From the NCBI GenBank assembly GCA_047285805.1, contig JBJBCN010000002.1:1280001-1344000 (forward strand): DNA of 64,000 bases, given 5' to 3'. Shown in pieces: positions 10,853-20,029 of this stretch. This DNA is from Synechococcus sp. Lineage in GTDB: Bacteria > Cyanobacteriota > Cyanobacteriia > PCC-6307 > Cyanobiaceae. Made by a program: the position numbers and the translations under genes. How positions within the stretch are numbered: the stretch's first letter is position 1; the number at the start of each line of letters is the position of its first letter. A model generated the notes under the pieces. It searched no databases, was not told the DNA's origin, and worked only from the letters and a program-made list of their open reading frames with translations.

Positions 10853-11548
10853 ATGCCGCTGCTTCCCCGCCGCTTTAAGCGCCTCCGGTCGGTGCTGAAC
10901 CACCGGATGAGCGATCTGACGGTGGTGATGGAGCAGGTTGACAAGCCGCACAACCTCTCGGCGATCCTGCGCACCTGCGACGCCGTCGGGGTGCTCGAGG
11001 CCCATGTCGTGAGCCTGCCCGGCCGACCGCGCACGTTCAACAACACCGCCAAGGGCAGCCAGAAATGGGTGCCGCTCCACCCGCACCCGAGCATCGAGGG
11101 CTGCCTGCAGGGGCTCAGGGACCAAGGCTTCCGCATCTACGGAACCCACCTGAGCGTCGACGCGGTGGACTACCGCGATTGCGATTTCACCGGTCCCAGC
11201 TGCTTCCTGATGGGGGCCGAGAAGTGGGGCATGAGCGCTGAGGCCCTGGCCCTAGTGGATCAACCGCTCTTCATCCCGATGACCGGGATGGTCCAGAGCC
11301 TGAACGTCAGCGTCGCCGCGGCCACCCTGCTCTTTGAAGCCCTGCGCCAACGGGAGCGCGCCGGCAAGGTCCCCAGCGCCGGCGAGGGCATCCCGGGGGG
11401 CGAAGACGCCTACCAGCGCATCCTCTTTGAGTGGGCCTACCCCCAAGTGGCGGACTGGTGTCGCCGCGAGGGGCGCACCTACCCGGCCCTGACCGAGGAG
11501 GGCGAGATCGCCGAGGACCTCCCCCGCACCCTGAAGCTGCGCTACTGA
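10853..11548 (+). CDS. trmH: tRNA Gm18 2'-O-methyltransferase (SpoU family)
   Basis: KPHNLSAILRTCDAVG, GAEKWG, IPMTGMVQSLNVSVA. Confidence 0.93.
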   Translation: MPLLPRRFKRLRSVLNHRMSDLTVVMEQVDKPHNLSAILRTCDAVGVLEAHVVSLPGRPRTFNNTAKGSQKWVPLHPHPSIEGCLQGLRDQGFRIYGTHLSVDAVDYRDCDFTGPSCFLMGAEKWGMSAEALALVDQPLFIPMTGMVQSLNVSVAAATLLFEALRQRERAGKVPSAGEGIPGGEDAYQRILFEWAYPQVADWCRREGRTYPALTEEGEIAEDLPRTLKLRY

Positions 11549-12441
11549 GACGAGCGCAGGTTGTTGCTGCTGCCGCTCAACCAACTCTCAAGTCCCTCCC
11601 CAAGGAACGAGAGGCCCAGCACGAGAACAAACATCGCCACCCCGGGGTAGAGAGCCGTCCACCAGACCCCGGTGGGCAGGGCATTAAGGGCCTGCTGCAG
11701 ATCACTACCCCACTCCGGCACGGTCTCGGGCAGACCTAGGCCGAGGAAGCCCAGACCGCCGAGCACGAGCACCGCGTCAGCAGCGTTCAGGGTCAGCAGA
11801 ACCGGCACCGAGGTGATGACGTTGCGGAAGAGGTAGCGGCGCAGGATCCACCAGGGACTCGCCCCTAGGGAGCGGGCCGCTTCCACGTAGAGCTCCGCCT
11901 TGACCTGGGCGGTCTGGTTGCGGACCACCCGGAAGTACTGCGGGATGTAGACGACACAGAGGGCGGCGGCGGCATTGGGCAGGCCCTTGCCCAGCAGGAA
12001 GGCCAGCACCACCGACAAAAGCAGAACGGGCAGCGTGTACAGCGTGTCCATCAGCAGCACCAGGACCCGGTCGAGCCAACCGCCGAGGTAGCCGCTGACC
12101 ATCCCCAGGGGAACACCAATCACCAGGGCCGAGACCAGGGCCACCACCACCACCTGGAGGGCCACCCCGCTGCCCGCCAGGGTCCGGCTACAGACGTCGC
12201 GGCCGAGGCGATCGGTGCCGCACCAGTGCTGCCAGGACGGCGGCGCATAAATCGGGTTCTCCAGCCCGCCATTCACCTCGGGCAGCAGACCCAAGTGAAT
12301 GAACAGCGGCGTCAGCACCGCCACCAGGGCGTACACCAGAACGATCACCACACCCCAGCGGGCCATCCGGGCCGCCAGGCTGCGGGGGCGCCAGGCAAGA
12401 AGGCGCGATGCCGCAGATGTGGGTAAGAAAGGGGGAGTCAT
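11542..12441 (-). CDS. peptide ABC transporter permease (DppC/OppC family)
   Basis: HWCGTDRLGRD, YVEAARSLGAS EAA loop, LGFLGLG..PEWG; start uncertain. Confidence 0.9.
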   Translation of the reverse strand: MTPPFLPTSAASRLLAWRPRSLAARMARWGVVIVLVYALVAVLTPLFIHLGLLPEVNGGLENPIYAPPSWQHWCGTDRLGRDVCSRTLAGSGVALQVVVVALVSALVIGVPLGMVSGYLGGWLDRVLVLLMDTLYTLPVLLLSVVLAFLLGKGLPNAAAALCVVYIPQYFRVVRNQTAQVKAELYVEAARSLGASPWWILRRYLFRNVITSVPVLLTLNAADAVLVLGGLGFLGLGLPETVPEWGSDLQQALNALPTGVWWTALYPGVAMFVLVLGLSFLGEGLESWLSGSSNNLRSSQ

Positions 12442-12452
12442 TGCGGCACACC

Positions 12453-13259
12453 ATGCCACCGATGGCTCCAGGCAGCCAAGCCACCCGCCTGCTGCTCGCG
12501 GACGACGATCCCAAGCTGCGGCAGTTCCTGGAGCTGGAGCTCAGCGAAGAGGGCTATGCGGTCCAGAGCGCCGCGAGCGGGATGGAGGCCCTACTGGAGA
12601 TTCGCCAGGAGAAGCCAGAGCTGGTGATCCTCGACTGGATGCTCCCGGACCTCAGCGGCGTCGAGGTCTGCCAGCGGCTGCGCTCCACCGGACTCGGGAT
12701 GCCGGTACTGATGCGCACCGGCCGTGATGCCGTGGCCGATCGGGTCGAGGCCCTCGACGCCGGAGCTGACGACTACCTGGTGAAGCCGTTCTCGATCGAA
12801 GAGCTCCTGGCGCGGCTACGGGCCCTGGCCCGGCGCGGGGCGAGCAGCGAGCCCGGCCTGCTGCAGATCGACGACCTAGTGCTGAACAACGCCAGCCATG
12901 AGGTCAGCCGAGGCAGGGCCGCGATCCACCTGAACCTGACGGAATTCAGCCTGCTGCCGGAGCTGATGCGCAAACCGGGGCGGGTCAAGAGCCCCGAACA
13001 GCTGCTCCACAGCGTCTGGGGCGAGGGCTTCGTCGGCGACAGCGACGTCCTGGATACCTACGTGCGCCAACTGCTCCGCAAGCTGGAGTCCGAGGGGCAG
13101 CCGACGTTGATCCAGACGGTGCGCGGCGTCGGCTTCCCACTCAAATCCGGGCCCCCGAAGGCCATGGCGGCATGCCCCCACTGTTGGCCGTGGTTGATGA
13201 CGACCCGGGCATCCGCGAGGTCTTGGCCTGCGAGCTGGAGGACAAACGGGCCGAGGTGA
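12453..13259 (+). CDS. OmpR-family response regulator, possibly degenerate, with a read-through tail
   Basis: LLLADDD, ILDWMLP, GADDYLVKPF, IQTVRGVG; extra tail overlaps the next remnant. Confidence 0.8.
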   Translation: MPPMAPGSQATRLLLADDDPKLRQFLELELSEEGYAVQSAASGMEALLEIRQEKPELVILDWMLPDLSGVEVCQRLRSTGLGMPVLMRTGRDAVADRVEALDAGADDYLVKPFSIEELLARLRALARRGASSEPGLLQIDDLVLNNASHEVSRGRAAIHLNLTEFSLLPELMRKPGRVKSPEQLLHSVWGEGFVGDSDVLDTYVRQLLRKLESEGQPTLIQTVRGVGFPLKSGPPKAMAACPHCWPWLMTTRASARSWPASWRTNGPR

Positions 13260-13330
13260 GGCGCTGCCTCGAAGGAGGCGAGCTACTGGCGAATGCCCGG
13301 CTGAATGAGTGGAGCTAGTGCTGCTGGATT
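13172..13330 (+). pseudogene. truncated, frameshifted receiver-domain remnant
   Basis: ATG at 13172 reads MPPLLAVVDDDPGIREVLACELED...; after a frameshift VELVLLD, then the homology stops. Confidence 0.65.
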
Positions 13331-13711
13331 GTGATCGTGGGCTTGCTCACGGCCCTTGCCCTACCTAATTTCACCGGTCAAGCAGCCAAAGCGAAGATGA
13401 CTGAGTCGAAAACGCTGGCTGCTTCGTCTCTGAAGCAAGCAGCAGCGGCCCACGCCGAGAACAGCGCGACTGGGGTTCTGCAATGGCAACGCAAAGAGCG
13501 CCCAGCCACAACGCGTTATTTCTCCTTTAACTGCAACGGAGCAGCTGGAACGCTGCCTCGTGTCATCGCCGTTGGCACAAACCAATCAGGCGAACTCGAA
13601 AACAAATGGCTGATGGCACAGTTGGACCTCGACACCAAGGACTCCAGCTTTGGCCAAATCAAGATGTGCGGAACCATGCCAGGGCTTCCCAGCTGCTGCC
13701 CAGGTGGCTAA
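13331..13711 (+). pseudogene. type IV pilin-like gene lacking the prepilin leader and GFTLxE motif
   Basis: Begins VIVGLLTALALPNFTGQAAKAKMTESKT (pilin alpha1 helix); in-frame TAG at 13316-13318 upstream; C-terminal cysteines. Confidence 0.7.
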
Positions 13712-13720
13712 GCCAAGGTC

Positions 13721-14434
13721 ATGATGAGCGGCGGCCACGGTGGAGTGACTCGGGAGCAGCTTGCCCGCTGGGGCCTGTTTCATCAGGTGCGGCGAGAAGC
13801 TTGTATCGACCAACTCATATCGGAAGTCGAACAACCCGACTCCAACCAGCTGAAGATCTTGCAAGAGCAATGGCTCCAGGCGCATGAAATAACTAACCGG
13901 CAGGCACTACAAAACTGGCTGCAGAATGAGGGGCTCACCCAAGAGACATGGACCGAGCTGATCAGCCGCCCCTGGCGCTGGCAGCAGTGGTGCCAGCGCC
14001 ATTTCAAGGACCAACTCACGACCTACTACCTCAAGCGCAAACCGCTCCTCGATCGAGTGAGCTATTCCCTGCTACGCGTTAAAGACAAAGCGCTGGCAAC
14101 GGAGCTATACCTACGTATCAAGGAAAGGGAAGCGACCTTTGAGCAGGTGGCCTCCGAATATTCAGCCGGCCCCGAACGCAACAGCGGCGGCCAACTCGGC
14201 CCGGTCCCGATGCAGCAGCCCCACCCGGTCCTGGCCCGGCTGCTGCAGGTCAGCAGCCCCGGTCAGCTCTGGTCCCCGCAGCAGCTGGAGAACTGGTGGA
14301 TCGTGGTGCGCCTAATCCAACTCCACACGACCGAGCTCGATAGCAACACGGCCCAACAGCTCGCCCTAGAGCTAGGCGAACAGCATCTGGAGCAGATCTT
14401 GGAACTTTCAAAAACAACAACACCAAACTCCTGA
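13721..14434 (+). CDS. PpiC-type peptidyl-prolyl isomerase associated with T1SS
   Basis: LDRVSYSLLRV, ELYLRIKE..ATFEQVASEYSAGPER.SGG.LGP. Confidence 0.9.
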   Translation: MMSGGHGGVTREQLARWGLFHQVRREACIDQLISEVEQPDSNQLKILQEQWLQAHEITNRQALQNWLQNEGLTQETWTELISRPWRWQQWCQRHFKDQLTTYYLKRKPLLDRVSYSLLRVKDKALATELYLRIKEREATFEQVASEYSAGPERNSGGQLGPVPMQQPHPVLARLLQVSSPGQLWSPQQLENWWIVVRLIQLHTTELDSNTAQQLALELGEQHLEQILELSKTTTPNS

Positions 14435-14452
14435 AGCCGCCAATACCATGTA

Positions 14453-17410
14453 GTGATGGTGGATGCCCCTCCTCGACGGGTCTTTCAAGGCTGGGGGCCC
14501 CTCGAGACCCTTCCTCAAAACCTGCAGGAGCAACTGCAACCCCAGCTACAGAGCATCAGCCTGCAGCCCGGCGAGATGCTCTATGACTTTGAGCATCTCC
14601 CCCCCGGTGTTCTCTATCTCCAGCAGGGACAACTGCGTCTGCTAGGGCTGGATCAGCGCAAAGAACCCTTCACCCTGGAGCGCTACAACAGCGGTCAACT
14701 TGCCGGCGCCGAATTACTGCTCCGTGGCATCCCCGGCCAAGCCATGGCGGCCTCCACGGCGCTGCAGGCCTCCCTGCTACCGGCTGAACTCTTTATGCAG
14801 CTGATCCAGCAGCACCCGGCGCTGCTCAGCGGCTTCCGGGAGCTCCGGCCAGCTGAGCTCTACGCGGTGACGGCATCCCGCAACGATCCGCGGCTACCGG
14901 CCGCCCAGGAGCTGCTGCAATGGGCCCGCCAGGAATGCAGTCAGGCAAACGAGATTGAACTCCTTCCGCCGGGGGAACAGCAGCTCAGCGATGCCGCCGG
15001 CCGCTGGCTAATCAGCAGCGGAAATATCATGGGCGTGACCCCAGGCACCCTGCTGAAGGGCACCGCCAAGCTCACCGTGCTGGGCCGGCTTCCAGCGCGT
15101 TTATTGCCGGTCCCAGCCCACTGGCCACCCCAACGACAACAGGAACCGAGCAATCTGGCGGCGGCCCCAGCCCCAAGCGAGCCCGCCCGGAGCCTGCAGC
15201 TCCAGCGGGAGGCCCTTGAAGACTGGTATGGCCGGCTGCGTGATGACGGCACCTTCCCCCAACACAACGGCACGGGGCCCGTAGAAGAGCCCCTGGCCTG
15301 CCTGCGGATGCTCTCGCGGTACTTCGATCTGCCCTTCCGCCGTGATGTCCTGCGGCGGGTGCTCTACGACCAGGTGCAACGGGCCGAGACTGCCGGACTC
15401 GGCCTGCAACAAATGGCAGCCATCTGCGATCTGCTTGGCCTGCGCTGCACGCCGCTGCGACCCTCCGCCACCCAACTACTGGAGCGCCTGCCGCTGCCGG
15501 CCCTCTGCGTCCTCAGCGGCCACCCGGTGGTCTTCTGGCAGCAAAAGAGCAGTCAAATCCTCGTTGGCGATCCCCTGCGGGGTCAGCAGTGGGTTCCCTG
15601 TGATGAGCTCCTGGGCCAGAGCCAGGGAGAGGCCCTTCCCTTGCTCTATCTCGAGGCCAACGCCAGCACCCCCAAGGCCCGCTTTGGCCTCAGCTGGTTC
15701 ATCCCCGCCATCCGCAAGCACCGCAACAGCCTGATCCAAGTGGTGGTGGCGAGCTTCTTTGTTCAGCTGCTGGGTCTCTTCAACCCGTTGCTAATCCAGC
15801 AAATCATCGACGCGGTGATCAGCCAGGGGAATTTCGCCAGCCTCAACGTCCTCGGCACCCTGTTGGTGGCGATGGCGCTCGCCCAGGCCCTAATGGGTGC
15901 CCTGCGCACTTATCTCTTCTCGGACACCACCAACCGGATCGACATCTCGCTTGGAGCGACGATCATCCACCACCTGTTGCGGCTGCCCCTGGGCTATTTC
16001 GCCAAGCGGCCGGTGGGCGAAGTCAGCAGCCGCATTTCTGAGCTGGAGAAGATTCGCCGCTTCCTTACCGGCACCGCCCTGACAGTGCTGCTGGATGCAG
16101 TCTTCTCGATGATCTACATCGGCGTGATGCTGCTCTATTCGGTGCAGCTGACCTTCTGGGCCCTCGCCGTTCTGCCCCTCTTTGTCGCGCTAACGATAGG
16201 GGTAGCGCCGGTCATCCGCCGGCAACTGCGCCAACAGGCGGAAGCCAATGCTCGGGTCCAGAGCCATCTGGTGGAAACCCTCTCCGGCATGGAGACCGTG
16301 AAGGGCCAGGGGATGGAATTGCCCAGCGAGTGGCGCTGGGAGCAGCTCTATGGCAGCCAGATCCAGGCCGGCTTCCGCAACACCGTCACCAGCACCGCGG
16401 CGGGCTCCGCCAGCCAATTCCTCGAGCAGATCTCGGGCCTGCTCGTGATCTGGATGGGCGCAATCCTCGTGCTCAAAGGCCAACTCACCCTGGGGCAACT
16501 AATTGCCTTCCGGATCCTCTCGGGCTACGTCACCAGCCCCCTCCTGCGGCTGGCCAGCCTCTGGCAGAACTTCCAGGAAACGGCGCTTTCGCTGGAGCGG
16601 TTGTCCGACATCGTCGATCACCGCGAGGAGATCGAGATCGCCGGCGAGAACCTGCCGCCGCTGCCGCCGATTCAGGGCGCGATCACCTACGAGGGCGTCA
16701 ATTTCCGCTTCGCCAGCAGCGGGCCGCTGCAGCTGCTGAACGTCAGCTTTGAGATCAAGCCCGGTGAGTTCGTCGGCATCGTCGGCAGCAGCGGGTCCGG
16801 CAAGAGCACCCTGCTCAAGCTGCTCACCCGGCTCTTTGATCCGCTGGAAGGAACAATCCGCGTCGACGGCTACGACATCTCCAAGGTGGACCTCTACTCC
16901 CTCCGCTCCCAGATCGGCGTCGTGCCACAGGACAGCCTGCTCTTTGACGGCACCGTGCAGGCCAACATCGCCCTAACCCGGCCTGAGGCGAACTTCGAGG
17001 AGATCTGCGGCGCGGCCCAGGTGGCCTGTGCACACGACTTTATTCAGGCCCTCCCAGCTGGTTACAGCAGTTCTGTCGGTGAGCGGGGGTCAGCCCTCTC
17101 CGGCGGCCAGCGCCAACGGATTGCCATCGCCAGGATGGTACTGAAACGTCCCCGGCTGCTCGTGATGGATGAGGCCACCAGTGCCCTCGATGTGGACACT
17201 GAGCGCCAGGTCACCCGCAACCTCGCCGAGGTCTACCGCGGCAGCACCGTGCTGTTCATCACCCATCGTCTTGGCAGCCTGCGCCATGCCGATCGAATCC
17301 TCGTGATGCACCAGGGCGCCCTGGTCGAGCAGGGGACCCACAGCGAGCTCATGGCCCTGGCGGGGCGCTACGCCACCTTGTACCAACAGCAGGAGGCCGG
17401 ACTGGAATGA
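14453..17410 (+). CDS. HlyB-family type I secretion ABC transporter (cNMP-binding + C39-like + TM + ATPase)
   Basis: LACLRMLSRYF C39-like region, GSSGSGKST, LSGGQRQRIAIAR, MDEATSALD. Confidence 0.95.
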   Translation: MMVDAPPRRVFQGWGPLETLPQNLQEQLQPQLQSISLQPGEMLYDFEHLPPGVLYLQQGQLRLLGLDQRKEPFTLERYNSGQLAGAELLLRGIPGQAMAASTALQASLLPAELFMQLIQQHPALLSGFRELRPAELYAVTASRNDPRLPAAQELLQWARQECSQANEIELLPPGEQQLSDAAGRWLISSGNIMGVTPGTLLKGTAKLTVLGRLPARLLPVPAHWPPQRQQEPSNLAAAPAPSEPARSLQLQREALEDWYGRLRDDGTFPQHNGTGPVEEPLACLRMLSRYFDLPFRRDVLRRVLYDQVQRAETAGLGLQQMAAICDLLGLRCTPLRPSATQLLERLPLPALCVLSGHPVVFWQQKSSQILVGDPLRGQQWVPCDELLGQSQGEALPLLYLEANASTPKARFGLSWFIPAIRKHRNSLIQVVVASFFVQLLGLFNPLLIQQIIDAVISQGNFASLNVLGTLLVAMALAQALMGALRTYLFSDTTNRIDISLGATIIHHLLRLPLGYFAKRPVGEVSSRISELEKIRRFLTGTALTVLLDAVFSMIYIGVMLLYSVQLTFWALAVLPLFVALTIGVAPVIRRQLRQQAEANARVQSHLVETLSGMETVKGQGMELPSEWRWEQLYGSQIQAGFRNTVTSTAAGSASQFLEQISGLLVIWMGAILVLKGQLTLGQLIAFRILSGYVTSPLLRLASLWQNFQETALSLERLSDIVDHREEIEIAGENLPPLPPIQGAITYEGVNFRFASSGPLQLLNVSFEIKPGEFVGIVGSSGSGKSTLLKLLTRLFDPLEGTIRVDGYDISKVDLYSLRSQIGVVPQDSLLFDGTVQANIALTRPEANFEEICGAAQVACAHDFIQALPAGYSSSVGERGSALSGGQRQRIAIARMVLKRPRLLVMDEATSALDVDTERQVTRNLAEVYRGSTVLFITHRLGSLRHADRILVMHQGALVEQGTHSELMALAGRYATLYQQQEAGLE

Positions 17411-18570
17411 GCACACCAGACGACCAATCCCTCGTCCCCCAGTCCGGGGGTTCCATCTCGCCACTGGAGCACCACGAGGTCCGTTACCTGGCCTCCCCCA
17501 CCTGGGCCCGGGCCCTGCTCTGGGCGATGGTCGGCAGCGTGGGCTTTGGGATCGTCTACGCCTGCATCGCTCGGATTGACGAGGTCGTCACCGCTACCGG
17601 CGAACTCCAGGCCCTGGGGGCCGAACGGCCGATCAAGGCCCCCGCACCTGGGGTCGTGAGCACCATCCCCGTCAAGGAAGGGCAGCTGGTGGGAAAGGAC
17701 CAGGTGGTTCTCCAGTTCGATCCCGAGGTCAACGACAAGCGCCTGCGCTCTCTTGAGGAACAAGAACGGCTGGAGAAGCGCCGGCTGAGCGAGCAAAACC
17801 TAGCCTTCAAAGCGCGGGAAGAGAGCCTGGCCGCCAAGATCCGGAGCCTGAAGGCCACGGCCAACACCGAGCGGGAAATCCTCAAACGCGTCGCCCCCTT
17901 GGCCGAGCAGGGCGGGATCCAGATCGTCCAGTTCCTGCAGCAGAAAAACCGCCTACAGGAACTGCAATCAGAGATCGCCCAAACCGAGGCGAACCGCCGG
18001 GAGGTGCAATCGGAAGCCCTGAAGGCCAAGCAGGAGAGCCTCAAGGAGCTGTCCAACATCGAGCGACAGCTCACCGAAACCCGCAAAGCGAGCGAATACG
18101 AATCCCTGCGCTCCCCCCTGAAGGGCCGGGTGTTTGACCTGGTGCCAGCCAGCCCGGGCTATGCGGCCGCCAACGGAGAGACCCTGCTGAAGGTCGTCCC
18201 GGATGGGGCCGTGGAGGCCAAGGTCTTCTTGACCAACGCCGATGTGGGCTTCGTCAAACCCGACATGGCCGCACAGGTGCGGGTCGATGCCTACCCCTTC
18301 ACCCAATTCGGTGACATCCCTGGAGTTCTCAAATCAATCGGGACGGAGGTACTGCCGGCCGATCAACAGCACCCGCAACCCCGCTTTCCGGCTCTGGTGG
18401 TGCTCAAGCAGCAGTACCTCGAGCGCAACGGAAGGCGGTACGACGTGCGCCCCGGTCAAAGCGTCTCGGTGAATCTGATCGTACGCGACAAACCCGTGAT
18501 CAGCCTGCTGACCGATGCGGTGGAGAAGGCCTGGGATGCCCTGCGCGGCATCAAGTCCGATCAGAGCTGA
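17407..18570 (+). CDS. HlyD-family membrane fusion protein
   Basis: N-terminal TM helix, IDEVVTATGEL, coiled coil, VRVDAYPFTQFGDIPG; ATGA overlap with the transporter. Confidence 0.93.
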   Translation: MSTPDDQSLVPQSGGSISPLEHHEVRYLASPTWARALLWAMVGSVGFGIVYACIARIDEVVTATGELQALGAERPIKAPAPGVVSTIPVKEGQLVGKDQVVLQFDPEVNDKRLRSLEEQERLEKRRLSEQNLAFKAREESLAAKIRSLKATANTEREILKRVAPLAEQGGIQIVQFLQQKNRLQELQSEIAQTEANRREVQSEALKAKQESLKELSNIERQLTETRKASEYESLRSPLKGRVFDLVPASPGYAAANGETLLKVVPDGAVEAKVFLTNADVGFVKPDMAAQVRVDAYPFTQFGDIPGVLKSIGTEVLPADQQHPQPRFPALVVLKQQYLERNGRRYDVRPGQSVSVNLIVRDKPVISLLTDAVEKAWDALRGIKSDQS

Positions 18571-18573
18571 GCC

Positions 18574-18762
18574 TTAAGCCACCGCGAGGGCCAACTCGGT
18601 GCGATTGCTGACGTTGAGCTTGCGGAACAACTGGTGCACGTGGCTTTCGACGGTGCGCTGGGACAGACACAGGAGCTGGGCGATGGCCTTGTTACTGAGA
18701 CCCTCCTTAAGCAACTCAATCACCCGCCGTTCGGCCTTGCTGATGCTGGGGCCCTCCGCCAT
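18574..18762 (-). CDS. stand-alone LuxR-type HTH protein
   Basis: SKAERRVIELLKEGLSNKAIAQLLCLSQRTVESHV..LFRKLNVSNR. Confidence 0.85.
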   Translation of the reverse strand: MAEGPSISKAERRVIELLKEGLSNKAIAQLLCLSQRTVESHVHQLFRKLNVSNRTELALAVA

Positions 18763-18864
18763 CCGGTGTGCTGCCGGTGTTGCTGACGGTAGTCCCTGAG
18801 TTCATGGGCCAGAAGCTGCAAGGGGTGCAGCCGCCGAGACGCCCGCGTCGCTGCGCTCCGCAGG

Positions 18865-19089
18865 GAAACCGCCGGCAGCTACAGCTGGGCCGGCAGCTCT
18901 GGCGTGCGCAGCGGCTGAGGCAACTGGAGCGGCGCCTACTCGTACAGCGGCAGCTACGGCTACCAATGGAACTGGAGTGGCCGCGCCGCCTACAGCTCGA
19001 ACTACAGCTACGACAGCGGTATGCGTGCCACGGGTGATGCCACTGGCGTCCAGAACTCCAACAACGATTCCGGCAGCGGGGATGACTAG
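18865..19089 (+). pseudogene. Gly/Ser/Tyr/Trp-rich secreted-protein-like remnant
   Basis: Frame reads ETAGSYSWAGSSGVRSG*GNWSGAYSYSGSYGYQWNWSGRAAYSSNYSYDSG...DD*, internal TGA at 18916-18918. Confidence 0.4.
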
Positions 19090-19441
19090 GTTGTTCTACC
19101 GGCCGACGGCAATGCAAACCCATCGACGGCAGCGAACTCTTCTCTCCCCCCTGGATCAACCCCGCTCCTACGGCGGCAGCACCCTGAAGGCCCGCACCCA
19201 AGCGGCCCAGTGGCTCGTCTCCTACGCCGGCAACCTCGTCTGCAAAGCCGTCGGTCAGCACCGCTTCTAGTGGAACCGCAACGCCATCAAACGCGCTGAG
19301 CTCTACCTCAGCTGCACCGAGAACTTGCGCCTCGAGGCCCAGAACAACTTCAGCAAGAGCGCCCATCAACTGGGCCGCCGGGACTACTGCGCAGAAGAGC
19401 GGGCCCTGCTCGCCCGCGATCAGATCAACCGCCAGGGCTGG

Positions 19442-20029
19442 TTAGCCGTTCATCGCCGCGGCCTGGAGGCAAGCCGGCAGGAAGATCCACCAGCTCAGCA
19501 CCGAGCGGCACTGCTCTTGCTTGTCGCAGGGCAGCGACGAGCAGCGCACGATCGGCGGACCGCTCATGTTGAAGGCCATCGGCACCGGCAGCTGCTTCAG
19601 GATCCCCATCGCCGAAAGCGTGCCGGACTTGGCGTTCTCGAGGATCGCGTAGCGCATCGCTTGAATCCCGACCGTGCCGCTGGCCTTAAGCGGCTTGTAG
19701 GCCTGGCTCTGCCGCACCAGAAACGCCTCGCCCGCCTTGGAGTTCAAGAGGCGCGAAAGGGCCAGGTAATCAACGCTGTAGGGCTTGGCCAGGGCCACCC
19801 GCAGGTCTTCCTCGGGCCAACCCGACCGGATCACCAGCTGCATCAAGCGCTGGTCGCTGAAGGTGCCCTCGTTGATGAACTGCTCGAGCGCGGCGTAGGG
19901 AATGCTCCAGACATCGGCTCCCTTGGTGAGCTGAAGGGCCGGGTATGGCTCCCGGGGAGCCGCCATGGCCGGAGCGAGACCGGTGGAGGCGGCGAGCAGG
20001 GCCGCCAGAGTCAGAACACGCCGCATCAC
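19442..20029 (-). CDS. DUF1400-type cyanobacterial alpha/beta-hydrolase-associated domain protein
   Basis: Signal peptide, SIP.AALEQFINEG, RLLNSKAGEAFL, AMRYAILE..G.LS. Confidence 0.7.
   Translation of the reverse strand: MMRRVLTLAALLAASTGLAPAMAAPREPYPALQLTKGADVWSIPYAALEQFINEGTFSDQRLMQLVIRSGWPEEDLRVALAKPYSVDYLALSRLLNSKAGEAFLVRQSQAYKPLKASGTVGIQAMRYAILENAKSGTLSAMGILKQLPVPMAFNMSGPPIVRCSSLPCDKQEQCRSVLSWWIFLPACLQAAAMNG

Noticed and set aside
18768..19037. 89-aa Q/L/R-rich ORF
   Set aside because: Its QLQL/RQLR pattern is the shifted reading of AGC-TAC (Ser-Tyr) repeats in the neighbouring frame
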